Positions 1 through 9,963 of a stretch of 64,000 nt of DNA are shown here, one piece after another. A model generated the notes under the pieces. That model searched no databases, had not been told where the DNA came from, and saw only the letters and a program-made list of their open reading frames with translations. A program made the position numbers and the translations under genes. The DNA comes from an uncultured Candidatus Rokubacteria bacterium (GTDB taxonomy: Bacteria; Methylomirabilota; Methylomirabilia; Rokubacteriales; CSP1-6): the NCBI GenBank assembly GCA_963771355.1, contig CAVYTA010000006.1, positions 1,472,001-1,536,000 of the forward strand, read 5' to 3'. How positions within the stretch are numbered: the first letter of the stretch is position 1; every line of letters begins with the position of its first letter.

Positions 1-656
1 GCTTCCGCCAGGCCATGGCCATCGCCATCGCCATGGCGCTCTGCTCCGTCGTCGCGGGCCTCATCGCCGCCTACTACCTGCGGCTGGCCGCCGGCGGCGC
101 CATCGTGCTCGCCGCGCTGGTGATCTTCGCCTCGGCCTCGCTGCTGCGCCGCGGGATCCCGCGCGTGCCGCGTCCCGCCGCCGGCCTCCTCCTGGCTGGA
201 CTCGCGCTCGCCGCCTCCGGCGCGGAGGCGCAGGACGCCCACTGCAAGCGCTATCGCGAGCTCTTCGCCGCCATGCCGGTGCAGATGATCAGCCTGGAGT
301 CGGGCGGCCGCACCATCGCCCTGCGCGTCCGGGTGGCCGCCACCTCGGAGCAGCAGGCGGCCGGCTTTCAGTGCGCCACCCCGCAGGAGATCGAGCGGAA
401 CCTCATCCTGTTCGACTTCGGCCGCGAGATCACCACCCAGTTCCACATGCAGAACGTGCCCGCCGCGCTCGACATCGCCTTCATCAAGGGCGATGGCCGC
501 ATCTTTTCCATCCTGCGCATGGAACCCAGCGCCACCGCACTCTACGGGCCCATGGGCGACTTCCGCTTCGCGCTGGAGGCGCGCAAGGGTTTCTTCGAGA
601 GCCTCGGCGTGCGCCAGGGCGGGGCCCGGCTCGTGCTCCCGCCCGCCACCCGCTGA
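1..656 (+). CDS. Metal (Zn/Mn) ABC-3 permease C-terminus fused in frame to a DUF192 domain (5' partial)
   Basis: N-terminal hydrophobic segment SVVAGLIAAYYLRLAAGGAIVL matches the ZnuB-type C-terminus; downstream VAATSEQQAAG...FHMQNVPAALDIAFI...ALEARKG is the DUF192 pattern; no stop between them. Confidence 0.7.
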   Translation, partial: FRQAMAIAIAMALCSVVAGLIAAYYLRLAAGGAIVLAALVIFASASLLRRGIPRVPRPAAGLLLAGLALAASGAEAQDAHCKRYRELFAAMPVQMISLESGGRTIALRVRVAATSEQQAAGFQCATPQEIERNLILFDFGREITTQFHMQNVPAALDIAFIKGDGRIFSILRMEPSATALYGPMGDFRFALEARKGFFESLGVRQGGARLVLPPATR

Positions 657-659
657 CCC

Positions 660-1562
660 GTGCCCCTACACTCCCACGGCTCCCGCCACAAGGGCCGGCT
701 CCGGGCCGCGCTGGGCCTGGTGGGGAGCTTTCTCGTGGTCGAGCTCACGCTGGCCGTCTGGACCGGCAGCGTGTCGCTCCTCGCCGACGCGGTGCACATG
801 CTGGTGGACGCGGGCGGCATCTTCCTGAGCCTGGTCGCGATCTGGTTCGCGGAGCGCCCGGCGACTTCCCGAAAAACGTACGGCTACTACCGGGTGGAGA
901 TCCTCGCCGCGCTCGTCAACGGCGTGGTCCTCTGCCTCGTCGCGCTGGGCATCCTGTGGCATGCCTGGCATCGCCTGTGGGCGCCCCCGGACGTGCCCGC
1001 GGCGCCGCTCATCGTCGCCGCCGCCCTCGGGCTGGGCGTCAACCTGGCGTCCCTCTGGCTGCTGCACGCGGGCGCGCGCGAGAGCCTGAACATCCGCGCC
1101 GCGTACCTGGAAGTGCTGGGCGATGCGCTCTCCTCCGGCGCGGTGCTCGCGGCCGGCGCCACCATCGCGCTGACCGGCTGGTCGGTGGCCGACCCGCTGG
1201 CCGCCGTCATCATCGGGCTCCTGATCCTGCCGCGCACCGCGGCACTCCTCACCCACGCGGTTAACGTGCTGCTGGAGGCGGTGCCGGCCCACCTCGACGT
1301 CAAGGAGATCGAGGCCGCCATGGCCGCGGTGCCCGGCGTGCGCCGCGTCCACGATCTCCACGTGTGGACGCTCACTTCCGGGCGCGAGGCGATGAGCGCG
1401 CACGTCAACGTCGAGCCCGGCACCCCGGCCGACAAGCTCCTCAACGACCTCCACGTGCTCCTGCACTCGCGGTTCGGCATCGACCACACGACCATTCAGG
1501 TGGAGACGGAGGCGGGGCTCGTCCAGATCGGCCCGCCTCCCCCGCGCTCGCCGGGCGGCTAG
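660..1562 (+). CDS. czcD: Cation diffusion facilitator (Co/Zn/Cd efflux)
   Basis: SLLADAVHMLVD, TYGYYRVEILAA, VHDLHVWTLTSG and DHTTIQVE motifs; multiple TM helices. Confidence 0.9.
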   Translation: MPLHSHGSRHKGRLRAALGLVGSFLVVELTLAVWTGSVSLLADAVHMLVDAGGIFLSLVAIWFAERPATSRKTYGYYRVEILAALVNGVVLCLVALGILWHAWHRLWAPPDVPAAPLIVAAALGLGVNLASLWLLHAGARESLNIRAAYLEVLGDALSSGAVLAAGATIALTGWSVADPLAAVIIGLLILPRTAALLTHAVNVLLEAVPAHLDVKEIEAAMAAVPGVRRVHDLHVWTLTSGREAMSAHVNVEPGTPADKLLNDLHVLLHSRFGIDHTTIQVETEAGLVQIGPPPPRSPGG

Positions 1563-1566
1563 CCGG

Positions 1567-2730
1567 CTAGTACGACCGCGGCAGGCCGAGCACGTGCTCG
1601 GAGAGATAGTTGAGCGCCATCTGCTGTGACACCGGCGCGATCTTGTAGAGGCGGACCTCGCGCCACAGCCGCTCCACGTAGAACTCCCGCGCGTAGCCGA
1701 AGCCCCCGAAGGTCTGCAGCGCGGCGTCGCAGGCGGCGAAGCCGGCCTCCGCCGCGAGCATCTTGGCGGAGTTGGCCTCCTTCCCGCACGGCCGGCCGGT
1801 GTCGAAGAGCCAGGCCGCCTTGAGGCAGAGCAGCTCGGCCGCCTCGAGCTGCGCCGCCGCATGCGCCAGCGGGTGGGCGATGGCCTGGTTCTTCCCGATG
1901 GGCCGGTCGAAGACGATCCGCTCCTTGGCGTACTGGACGGCGCGGTCCAGCGCGGCCCGGCCGATGCCCACCGCCTCGATGCCGACCACGATGCGCTCGG
2001 GATTGAGGGACTCCAGGAGGTGGTAGAAGCCGTCGCCCACGTTCCCGATCACGTCCTCTTCGGGGATCTCGAGGTTCTCGATGACGATCTCGTTGGAGTC
2101 CACCGCGGCGCGGCCCAGCTTGTGGATGAGGCGCACGCTGATGGCCGTGCGGTCGAACGCGGTGAAGAAAAGCGTCATGCCCTTGAGCGGCTTGGCGGGA
2201 TCGCGCTCGCTCGTCCGGGCGAGCAGGAGGAACTTGGTCGCATGCTGGGCATTGGTGGTCCACACCTTCCGGCCGTTGACGATCCAGCGGTCACCCTGCT
2301 TCACCGCCCGGGTCTGGATGCGCGAGGTGTCGGTGCCCGCGTTCGGCTCGGTCACGCCGAATGCCATCACCGTCTCGCCGGTGCAGATGCCGGGCAGGTG
2401 CTTCCGCTTCTGGGCCTCGGTGCCGAACTTGATCACGGGGGTGGGTGGAAAGACGTAGAAGTGGATGGGGGACGCGCCCGAGGTGCCCGCCCCCGAGGCG
2501 CAGATCTCGTGCATCATGATCGAGGCCTCGGTGACGCCGAGCCCGGCCCCGCCGTACGCCTCGGGGATCATGAGCCCCAGCCAGCCGGCTTCCGCGAAGG
2601 CCTTGACGAACTCGTGCGGGTACTCCGCCTTCTCGTCCTTCTCGAGCCAGTAGTCCATCGAGAAGCCCCGGGACAGCGCGGCGACTTCCTTGCGGATCAT
2701 CTCCTGCGATTCGGTGAGCGCGAAATCCAT
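1567..2730 (-). CDS. Acyl-CoA dehydrogenase
   Basis: Start MDFALTESQ; FGVTEPNAGTD, NGRKVWTT and FGGFGYAREFYVER motifs. Confidence 0.92.
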   Translation of the reverse strand: MDFALTESQEMIRKEVAALSRGFSMDYWLEKDEKAEYPHEFVKAFAEAGWLGLMIPEAYGGAGLGVTEASIMMHEICASGAGTSGASPIHFYVFPPTPVIKFGTEAQKRKHLPGICTGETVMAFGVTEPNAGTDTSRIQTRAVKQGDRWIVNGRKVWTTNAQHATKFLLLARTSERDPAKPLKGMTLFFTAFDRTAISVRLIHKLGRAAVDSNEIVIENLEIPEEDVIGNVGDGFYHLLESLNPERIVVGIEAVGIGRAALDRAVQYAKERIVFDRPIGKNQAIAHPLAHAAAQLEAAELLCLKAAWLFDTGRPCGKEANSAKMLAAEAGFAACDAALQTFGGFGYAREFYVERLWREVRLYKIAPVSQQMALNYLSEHVLGLPRSY

Positions 2731-2839
2731 GGCGGTGACCCTCCCGGGCGCGGCTCGGACGTCTGGCTCCGATCCTACTCCAGGTCGGCCCGCCCGGCGA
2801 TGGTTGCCGGGGGCGTCTCCGCCCGGTATCCTCGACGCC

Positions 2840-3645
2840 ATGGAAACGACTCCGGCCATCCAGGACTATCTCGGCGCCATCTACGACCTCACCGGCGGGG
2901 ACAAGCCCGTGATCGGCGCGCGCCTCGCCCGGCACATGCACGTCTCCGCGCCCTCCATCACCGAGGCGCTCCGGCGCATGCAGCGCGAGGGGTATGTCCG
3001 CCTGGCGGGCAAGAAGGAGATCCGCCTCACCACCAAGGGCAAGGGGATCGCCGAGACCATGGCCCGCCGGCATCGTCTGCTCGAGCGCTGGCTCACCGAC
3101 GTGCTGGGGCTGGACTGGTCGCGAGCCCACGAGGAGGCGCACCGCCTCGAGCACGCCCTCTCGCCGGTGGTGGAGGAGCGGCTCGCCGAGCAGCTCGGCA
3201 TGCCGAGCACCTGCCCTCACGGCAATCCCATTCCCGGAATGCCGGCGCCGGAGGCGCATAACCCCATCCCGCTCAGCCTGGCCCAGGCAGGGCAGGAGCT
3301 GACGGTGGAACGCATCACGGAGGAGGCGGAAGCCGACCGCCAGCTGCTCAACTTCCTCTGGGAGAGCGGAGTTCGTCCGGGCGCGCGCCTCGCCATCAAG
3401 GAGGTGGCGCCCTACGCGGGCACCATCACCGTGCTCCTCGACGGGCGCTCCGTCACCATGGGCCTGGTCGCGTCGGGCAAGATCTGGGTCTACGATCCCA
3501 AGGAGCCCGTGGGCACGCGCCGCCACGCGGCCCGGGAGAAGCACGTGGCCCTGGAGAAGCCCGCGCCCCGGGCGAAACGCTGCGCCGCGAGCGACGCCCG
3601 CGCCGCGAGCGACAAGCGAAAAAGCGCGGGCGGCGGGCGCGCTAG
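2840..3645 (+). CDS. DtxR/MntR-family metal-dependent regulator with C-terminal FeoA domain; 3' end uncertain (probable frameshift)
   Basis: QDYLGAIY, RRHRLLERWL, EEAHRLEH and CPHGNPIP motifs; no in-frame stop, with an out-of-frame TAG at 3643-3645 directly before the next ATG. Confidence 0.85.
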
Positions 3646-4401
3646 ATGGCGGTCCAGGGGCTCTTCGCCCTCCAGAACGGCTTCATCGGCTTCGAGCGGA
3701 GCGGGCTCTTCTTCGGCGACCGCTCCGGTGAGCGGGTCCAGATCCCCGTGTGCTGCTACCTGGTCCGGACCTCGGACGCGCTCATTCTCTTCGACACCGG
3801 CTTCTCCCCGCGCGCGGTGCCGGGGCTGGTCCGCACCGACCCGCTTGCCCGCTTCACCGACGAGGACCTCCTCGTTCACCGGCTGGACGCGCTGGATCTC
3901 GAGCCCGCCGACGTGGACATGGTGGTGCTGTCCCACCTCCACTACGATCACGCGGGCGGCGCCGCCCTGTTCCAGGACTCCGAGCTGGTGGTGCAGCAGG
4001 ACGAGTACGCCTACGCGCATTACCCCTCGACCTTCTTCGCGGGCTTCTACTACCGCAAGAACTTCGATCTGCCGGGCTATCGCTGGCGCCGCCTCGACGG
4101 CGACGCCGAGCTCGCTCCCGGCGTCACCGTGCTCCGGAGCGACGGCCACACGCCCGGCCACCAGTCGCTCCTGGTCCAGCTGCCGGAGACCGGGCCGGTC
4201 ATCCTCGCCGGCGATTCCTGCTACTGGCAGGAATCCATCGACACCGAGACGCCGCCGGGGGTGGTGTGGGACCCCACGCGGGCCATGCACTCGATCAAGC
4301 GCCTCAAGACCATCGCACGCCTCACCGGCGGGCGCATCTTCCCGAGCCACGATCCTGCGTTCTGGAGCACCGCCATCAAGTCCCCCGACCGCTACCGCTA
4401 G
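3646..4401 (+). CDS. Metallo-beta-lactamase-fold hydrolase, N-acyl homoserine lactonase (AiiA/AttM-like) family
   Basis: HLHYDHAGG (HxHxDH), GHTPGHQS, LAGD and PSHD motifs. Confidence 0.85.
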   Translation: MAVQGLFALQNGFIGFERSGLFFGDRSGERVQIPVCCYLVRTSDALILFDTGFSPRAVPGLVRTDPLARFTDEDLLVHRLDALDLEPADVDMVVLSHLHYDHAGGAALFQDSELVVQQDEYAYAHYPSTFFAGFYYRKNFDLPGYRWRRLDGDAELAPGVTVLRSDGHTPGHQSLLVQLPETGPVILAGDSCYWQESIDTETPPGVVWDPTRAMHSIKRLKTIARLTGGRIFPSHDPAFWSTAIKSPDRYR

Positions 4402-4411
4402 GAGACAGCCA

Positions 4412-5602
4412 ATGGGTGTCCTCGACGGAATCACCGTTCTCGAGCTCGCGCGCGTGGCACCCGCCGAGCTGCCCGGCATGATGTTCGCCGACATGGGCGC
4501 CGACGTGCTCAAGATCGAGACGCCGGAGGAGGAGCCGCCCACGCCGGACGCGCTGCGGCGCGCCGCCTTCGCCTACGTCAACCGCAACAAGCGCTCGCTG
4601 GCGCTGAACCTCAAGGCGCCCGAGGGCCAGGCCCTCTTCAAGAAGCTGGCCGCCACCGCCGACGTCATCGTGGAGGGCTTTCGCCCCGGCGTCATGAAGC
4701 GGCTCGGCGCCGACTACGAGACCGTTCGCGCGCTGAATCCGCGCATCGTCTATTGCTCGCTCTCGGGCTTCGGCCAGAACGGGCCCTATCGCGACTATCC
4801 CGCGCACGACATGAACTACCTCTCGCTGGCGGGCGTGCTCACCCTCATCGGAGAGCCCGGACGCAAGCCCGTCATCCCGCTCAACCTGGTGGCGGACTAC
4901 GCGGGCGCCAGTCTCCACGGGGCGCTCGGGGTCATGTTCGCGCTGTTCGCGCGCGAGCGCACCGGCAAGGGCCAGCACGTGGACGTGTCCTACCTGGACA
5001 CCACCGTGGCCCTCCTCGCCGCCACTCCCAACATGCGGTTCTTCTTCAGCGACGGGATGGCACCCAAGCGGGGCGAGGGCTTTCTCGGCGGATCCTATCC
5101 CTACTACGCCATCTACGAGACGAAGGACAAGAAGCTCCTCACCATCGGGTGCACCGAGCCCTGGCTGTGGGAGAACTTCTGCAAGGCCATCAACCGTCCA
5201 GACTTCGCCGCCTTCGCGCGCAAGCCGGACCAGTTCGTGCGCGCCGCCAATGCCGGCGAAGTGGGGGTGCGCGAAGAGATCGAGTCCATCATCCGCACCC
5301 GCACCCGGGACGAGTGGTGGGACTACCTGGTCAAGGCGGACGTCTGCGTGGGCAAGGTGTACGAGCCCGAGGAGATGGTGAAGGACCCGCAGGTGCAGGC
5401 GCGCGACATGGTGGTGGAGCTGCGGCACCCCACCCTCGGCACCATCACGGAGTTCGGCGTGCCCATCAAGCTCTCGGAGACGCCGGGCTCGGTGCGCCTG
5501 GCCGCGCCGGCCTCCGGCGAGCACACCGACGAGGTGCTCCGCGGCCTGGGCCTCTCCGCGGAGGAGATCCGCGGCCTGCGGGCGAGCCGCGTGGTCGCCT
5601 GA
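4412..5602 (+). CDS. CaiB/BaiF family III CoA transferase
   Basis: RBS GGAG; MGVLDGITVLE, NRNKRSLALNLK, EGFRPGV and AHDMNYL motifs. Confidence 0.92.
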   Translation: MGVLDGITVLELARVAPAELPGMMFADMGADVLKIETPEEEPPTPDALRRAAFAYVNRNKRSLALNLKAPEGQALFKKLAATADVIVEGFRPGVMKRLGADYETVRALNPRIVYCSLSGFGQNGPYRDYPAHDMNYLSLAGVLTLIGEPGRKPVIPLNLVADYAGASLHGALGVMFALFARERTGKGQHVDVSYLDTTVALLAATPNMRFFFSDGMAPKRGEGFLGGSYPYYAIYETKDKKLLTIGCTEPWLWENFCKAINRPDFAAFARKPDQFVRAANAGEVGVREEIESIIRTRTRDEWWDYLVKADVCVGKVYEPEEMVKDPQVQARDMVVELRHPTLGTITEFGVPIKLSETPGSVRLAAPASGEHTDEVLRGLGLSAEEIRGLRASRVVA

Positions 5603-7040
5603 TCAGCGTCCGCCCGCGCCGCCCGGCACCCGCAACGGGATGACCACGAGAGCGTCGAGGGGGACGTCTCGCGACTGCACCGGCAGCGCGACGGAGCGCG
5701 GCTCCACCGGCGAGGTCCGCACCGTCAGATCGCGCTCCGCGATGCCCGTCGCCAGCTGCTCGGCGCCGCCTCGCGCCGCGGGTAGCCAGGCAGCGGCGAG
5801 GAAGTCGAGCCCCGCGGCGCCGAAGCTCTCGGTACTGCCGACCAACCGGTACTCGCCCTCGCGCGCCGTCGCCACCGAGGTCAGCTCCACGCTACTCTGC
5901 GCCCGCAAGATCCCGTAAGCGCGAACGCGGCCGCCCGGGTCGATCAGGAGGGCAAGACCCCGCTGCCGGTTGACGAAGGGGTCACGCTGACGACCCGCCA
6001 CCACGATGCGGCCCTCGCCGGCCTCGGCCGCCCCGTGAACCTCGTTGGCCTCGAGCCCGCGATACTCGCGCGCCGTGCGCAGGGTGCCGTCGTCACCCGC
6101 GCGCAGCACGTAGGGGCTCCGGCCCCCGCGAGGATCGAAGAGCGTGCCCACCAGCACGAGCTCGCCGCCGGCGCCCCTCAGCAGCGCGCGCGGCTGCGCG
6201 GGCACGTCCGTCTCGTACCGGCGGGCCCAGAGCGGTCGGCCCGCCGCGTCGAGGCGGACGAGGAACGACGCCCCCGCAAAGGCCACGCTGCCCGAGCGGA
6301 GATAGCCCGCCACGATGACCCCGCCGTCACCGGTGCCCACCGCCGCGATCGCGTAGCCTCCGGCGCCCAGATCGAGCATCGTCGCCCACTCGACCGCGCC
6401 CCCCTCGGAGAGCCGCGCGACCGCCGGGCCCGGCGTGTCGGCGCTCATGGCCGCGTAGCCCGCGAGAACGAGCGCCCCGCTCTCGAGCGCCGCACCGTGA
6501 AAGCGCTGGATGCCGCCGCCTTCGAGCGTGCGGGCCCAGCGGGGCTCGCCCTCGGCGGTGGCGCGGATGACGAGCGGGCGCGGGGCCGGGGCCGGGCCCC
6601 CCGCGCCCGCGGGAAATCGGCTGTCGCTGTTTCCGAACATGAGGAAGCCGCCGTCGGCGGTGGCCACGGCACCGTCGAGCTCGTCCGTCCCGCCCCCGCC
6701 GTAGGTGCGCGCCCACTGCGGACGCATGTCCGGAATCTCTCCCACCGCGAAGAATGCCGTGCCGGGGCCGAAGCTTCCCCGGGTGTTCCCGAGGAAGGTG
6801 CAGCTACCGTCCGGGCGGCAAAGGGCCTTGCGTGCCCAGTCCGTGCCCGAGCCGCTCAGGAGCTCGCTGCGCCAGCTGCCGATGGCATCCGCGCCCCGGT
6901 CGTTGAGCGGCCACACCGCCAGCGTGCCGGGGCCACCCGACGCGCTCAGGCTCGCGCAGGCGGCGAGCCCGAGAGCCGCGAGGACCGAGAGCGCGCGAAG
7001 CCATCGGCCTAGCGGACGCGTGGCGTCACCGTCGCGACCT
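5603..7040 (-). CDS. Putative lipoprotein with beta-propeller-type repeats; start unresolved
   Basis: Repeated WARTY/WARTL/WATML/WARRY blades; the frame extends upstream of 6916 to a lipobox (LGLAAC); the nearest ATG (7043) is one base out of frame. Confidence 0.6.
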
Positions 7041-7130
7041 CATGGGTTTCACCACGCGGGGAGCATGAAAGGGTGAATTTCATGGCGCCAAGATAGCATG
7101 CGCGAGGGCACCGCGGTATCATCGAGCCGG

Positions 7131-7763
7131 ATGGGACGCGCGCGCCTCTCGCTCGAGGCCTGGAGCACCTTGTGGAGACGGCTGGGCGCGCGGAGCGACC
7201 CGCGCCCGCGGCACGCCGCCGTCCTCGCCCGATATGCGGAGCCCCATCGCGCCTATCATACCGACGAGCACATCGCCCGCACCCTGACCCTGTTCGACGG
7301 AGTCCGTCGGCACCTGCGGCGGCCGGACGAGGCGGAGCTGGCGGTGTGGCTGCACGACCTCGTGTACGATCCACGGGCGGCAGACAACGAGGCACGTAGC
7401 GCAGACCTCGCGGCGGGCTGGCTGGCCGAGGCGGGCGTGGCGGCCGCGCGCGGCGAGCGCGTGCGCGCGCTCATCCTGGCCACGCGGCATACCGCCCCGC
7501 CCGAGGAGCACGACGCGCGCTACGTGGTGGACGCGGATCTCTCCATCCTGGGGGCGGCGCCGTCGGACTTCGACCGCTACGAAGTCCAGGTGCGGGAGGA
7601 GTATCGCTTCCGCTCGGAGGCCGAGTGGCGGGAAGGCCGGGCGCGGCTGCTCCGCGGCTTCCTCGACCATCCACGGCTCTTTCTCACCCCGGAATTTTCC
7701 GTCTTCGAGGGGCCCGCGCGCGCCAATCTCTCCCGCTCCATCGCGCGCCTGGAGGGGGCCTGA
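7131..7763 (+). CDS. HD-superfamily metal-dependent phosphohydrolase (COG4339-like)
   Basis: YAEPHRAYH, WLHDLVYDP, DNEARSA, DADLSILG and VREEY motifs; alternative start at 7098. Confidence 0.8.
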   Translation: MGRARLSLEAWSTLWRRLGARSDPRPRHAAVLARYAEPHRAYHTDEHIARTLTLFDGVRRHLRRPDEAELAVWLHDLVYDPRAADNEARSADLAAGWLAEAGVAAARGERVRALILATRHTAPPEEHDARYVVDADLSILGAAPSDFDRYEVQVREEYRFRSEAEWREGRARLLRGFLDHPRLFLTPEFSVFEGPARANLSRSIARLEGA

Positions 7764-7814
7764 CGGCCGCCATTTGCCTCCGTGATATCCTGATCAGGTG
7801 AGAATTCTTCCGAA

Positions 7815-8573
7815 ATGACGCTCTCCGAATTCGCACTCGGCGGCTTACTCGCTCTCCTTTCCAGCGCCATGCTCTTCAAGATCTGGCGCGTCCAGCAGGC
7901 ACTCTCCCGTATCGACGGGAAACTCTCCCGCTTCCAGCGAGAATCCCAGAACCAGTACTTGCAAGGGGAGGTGCTCAACGGGCTCTACGCGGATCTCGCC
8001 TTCCGGAAGAGCTTGCCTCCCACTCGGGGATTTGCCGCCTCACCGGATTTCCTGCGCGTTCTTGCCCACCACGTGATTCAGGCAAGACCCAAGGACATCC
8101 TCGAATGCGGGAGTGGGGTGTCGACAGTCGTCCTCGCCCGTACCTGCGAGCTGAATGGGAACGGGCGCGTCCATAGCCTCGAGCATCTGGCCGACTTTGC
8201 CGAGCGGACCCGATCCGAGCTAGAGCGCCATGGGCTCGAGAAGTACGGCGAGGTCCTCGATGCGCCCCTCACGCGCCACCAACTAGATGGAGGGGCGTGG
8301 TCCTGGTATGGGCTTCACGCGCTCCCGCCGCTTCAGTTCGATATGCTGGTGATCGACGGCCCCCCCGAGACGACGGGCCCTCTCGCCCGCTATCCGGCGG
8401 GGCCCCTGCTCTTCCCTCGCTTGAAGCCCGGCGCCTCGATCTTCATCGATGACGCGCATCGCCACGACGAGAAGGAGGCGGTGGCCCGCTGGCTTCGTGA
8501 GCGGCCGGATCTCACCTGCACCTGGGTGCCCTCGGAGAAGGGCTGCGCCGTCCTTCGCCAGGCGGGCGCGTGA
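7815..8573 (+). CDS. Class I SAM-dependent methyltransferase with N-terminal membrane anchor
   Basis: ILECGSGVST motif I, LVIDGPP and IFIDDA; N-terminal TM helix. Confidence 0.8.
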   Translation: MTLSEFALGGLLALLSSAMLFKIWRVQQALSRIDGKLSRFQRESQNQYLQGEVLNGLYADLAFRKSLPPTRGFAASPDFLRVLAHHVIQARPKDILECGSGVSTVVLARTCELNGNGRVHSLEHLADFAERTRSELERHGLEKYGEVLDAPLTRHQLDGGAWSWYGLHALPPLQFDMLVIDGPPETTGPLARYPAGPLLFPRLKPGASIFIDDAHRHDEKEAVARWLRERPDLTCTWVPSEKGCAVLRQAGA

Positions 8574-8598
8574 CGCACGGCGCCGCCCGGCGCCGGGC

Positions 8599-9963
8599 CT
8601 AGGCGGGCGGGGAGAGGAGCGTACCCAGGTGCGCGACGTTCTTCACCTCCTCGATGGCCAGCACCGCGGCGACGACCTGACCGGCCCGCTGCGCGCCTAG
8701 CACCGGCGCGGCCAGCGCCTGGAACTTGGCGAGCACCTCCGCCTCGGGCACCGGATTGTCCGCGTCGCCACGCACCACGCCTGTCTCGCCCTCGAGCACC
8801 CGCCCATCGCGCAGCGAGAGGCGCAGGCGTGAGGTCGGGTAGTCGGAGCGGCGCGGCGTCATCTCCCCGTCCGTCGTGACCGTCACCCGGCGGGCCAGAT
8901 CGCGGATGCGGATGTCGGCTCGCGCCTCGTCGGTGAAGGCGGCGAGGTCGCCGTGGCCGAGCACCAGCGCGGCCGCCACCGCCCAGGGAATGGAGAACTT
9001 GGCGGCCAGCAGGTTGGCGGGATCCGGCGCGGCCATCCGGAGCCCGAACGGGAAGACCACCACCTCGGCAGCGGCCACCTCGGCGGCAGCAACCGGCTCG
9101 CGTCGCCGGATGGCGGCGAGCGCGTCCAGCGCGGGGTGGTTGTACCGGCAGCAGGCGTAGAGCTTGAAGTAGTTCCGCTCGATGCGGAGCGGCCCGCCCC
9201 AGTCCTCGAGCGCGCGGGCAGGCTCGAACTGGTCGGCCAGGATGGTCCCGTAGACGTCGGCGGGCGCGTCGGCGAGTCCGGTGAAGCCGGCGCGGTGCAG
9301 CTCCACGGCGACGATCCCCTGCAGGCCCGAGCGTCCCGGATAGGCATTGCGTACGGTGGCGCCCTCGAGCGCGGGCGTCCAGGTATTGGCCGGGCTCATG
9401 CTCGCGGCGAGGTTGATGATCTCGCGCATCGCGCGCGCGTCCTGGCCGGCGAGGCGCGCCACCGCCACCGCGGTCCCGATGGTCCCCCACGTTCCGTGGG
9501 AATGCACGTTGGGGCGCGGCACGGTGGCGCCGCCGATGCGCGAGGACACCTCGTAGCCCGCGACGAGCGCCTCGAGGAGACGCGCCCCGTCGGCACCGCG
9601 CTCCTCGGCGACCGCGAGGGCGCCGGGCACCACGTGAATGGCGGGATGTCCCCCGCCCCAGCGATTGCCCTCGTCCACCTCGAGCGCGACGCCGGCGGTG
9701 GCATTGACGAGCGTGGCCAGCAGCGGGTCGGCCTTGGCGGCGTGCCCGATGAGCGTGGCGGCCGGCCGCGAGGCCCGCTCGGCCATGGCGCGGGCCAGCC
9801 GCGCGTTCTCGGGCTGCGCGCTGCCCGCCAGCATGGCGCCGAGCGTGTCGAGGAGCACCAGCCGGGCGGCGGCGGTGGCGGGCTCGCCCAGGCGCGCGAG
9901 GGACACGTCGGCCGCGAAGTCGGCGAGCGTATCCAGATAGTGCATGCGCGCGGGCGTGCTCAC
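8599..9963 (-). CDS. MmgE/PrpD family protein
   Basis: LLDTLGAMLAG, EVDEG..GGHP, FKLYACCRYNH and AAKFSIP motifs; GTG start overlaps the upstream TGA. Confidence 0.88.
   Translation of the reverse strand: MSTPARMHYLDTLADFAADVSLARLGEPATAAARLVLLDTLGAMLAGSAQPENARLARAMAERASRPAATLIGHAAKADPLLATLVNATAGVALEVDEGNRWGGGHPAIHVVPGALAVAEERGADGARLLEALVAGYEVSSRIGGATVPRPNVHSHGTWGTIGTAVAVARLAGQDARAMREIINLAASMSPANTWTPALEGATVRNAYPGRSGLQGIVAVELHRAGFTGLADAPADVYGTILADQFEPARALEDWGGPLRIERNYFKLYACCRYNHPALDALAAIRRREPVAAAEVAAAEVVVFPFGLRMAAPDPANLLAAKFSIPWAVAAALVLGHGDLAAFTDEARADIRIRDLARRVTVTTDGEMTPRRSDYPTSRLRLSLRDGRVLEGETGVVRGDADNPVPEAEVLAKFQALAAPVLGAQRAGQVVAAVLAIEEVKNVAHLGTLLSPPA

Noticed and set aside
2690..5602. 970-aa DtxR-CoA transferase fusion ORF
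   Set aside because: The middle third is the off-frame shadow of the lactonase gene, and the CoA transferase has its own RBS and ATG at 4412
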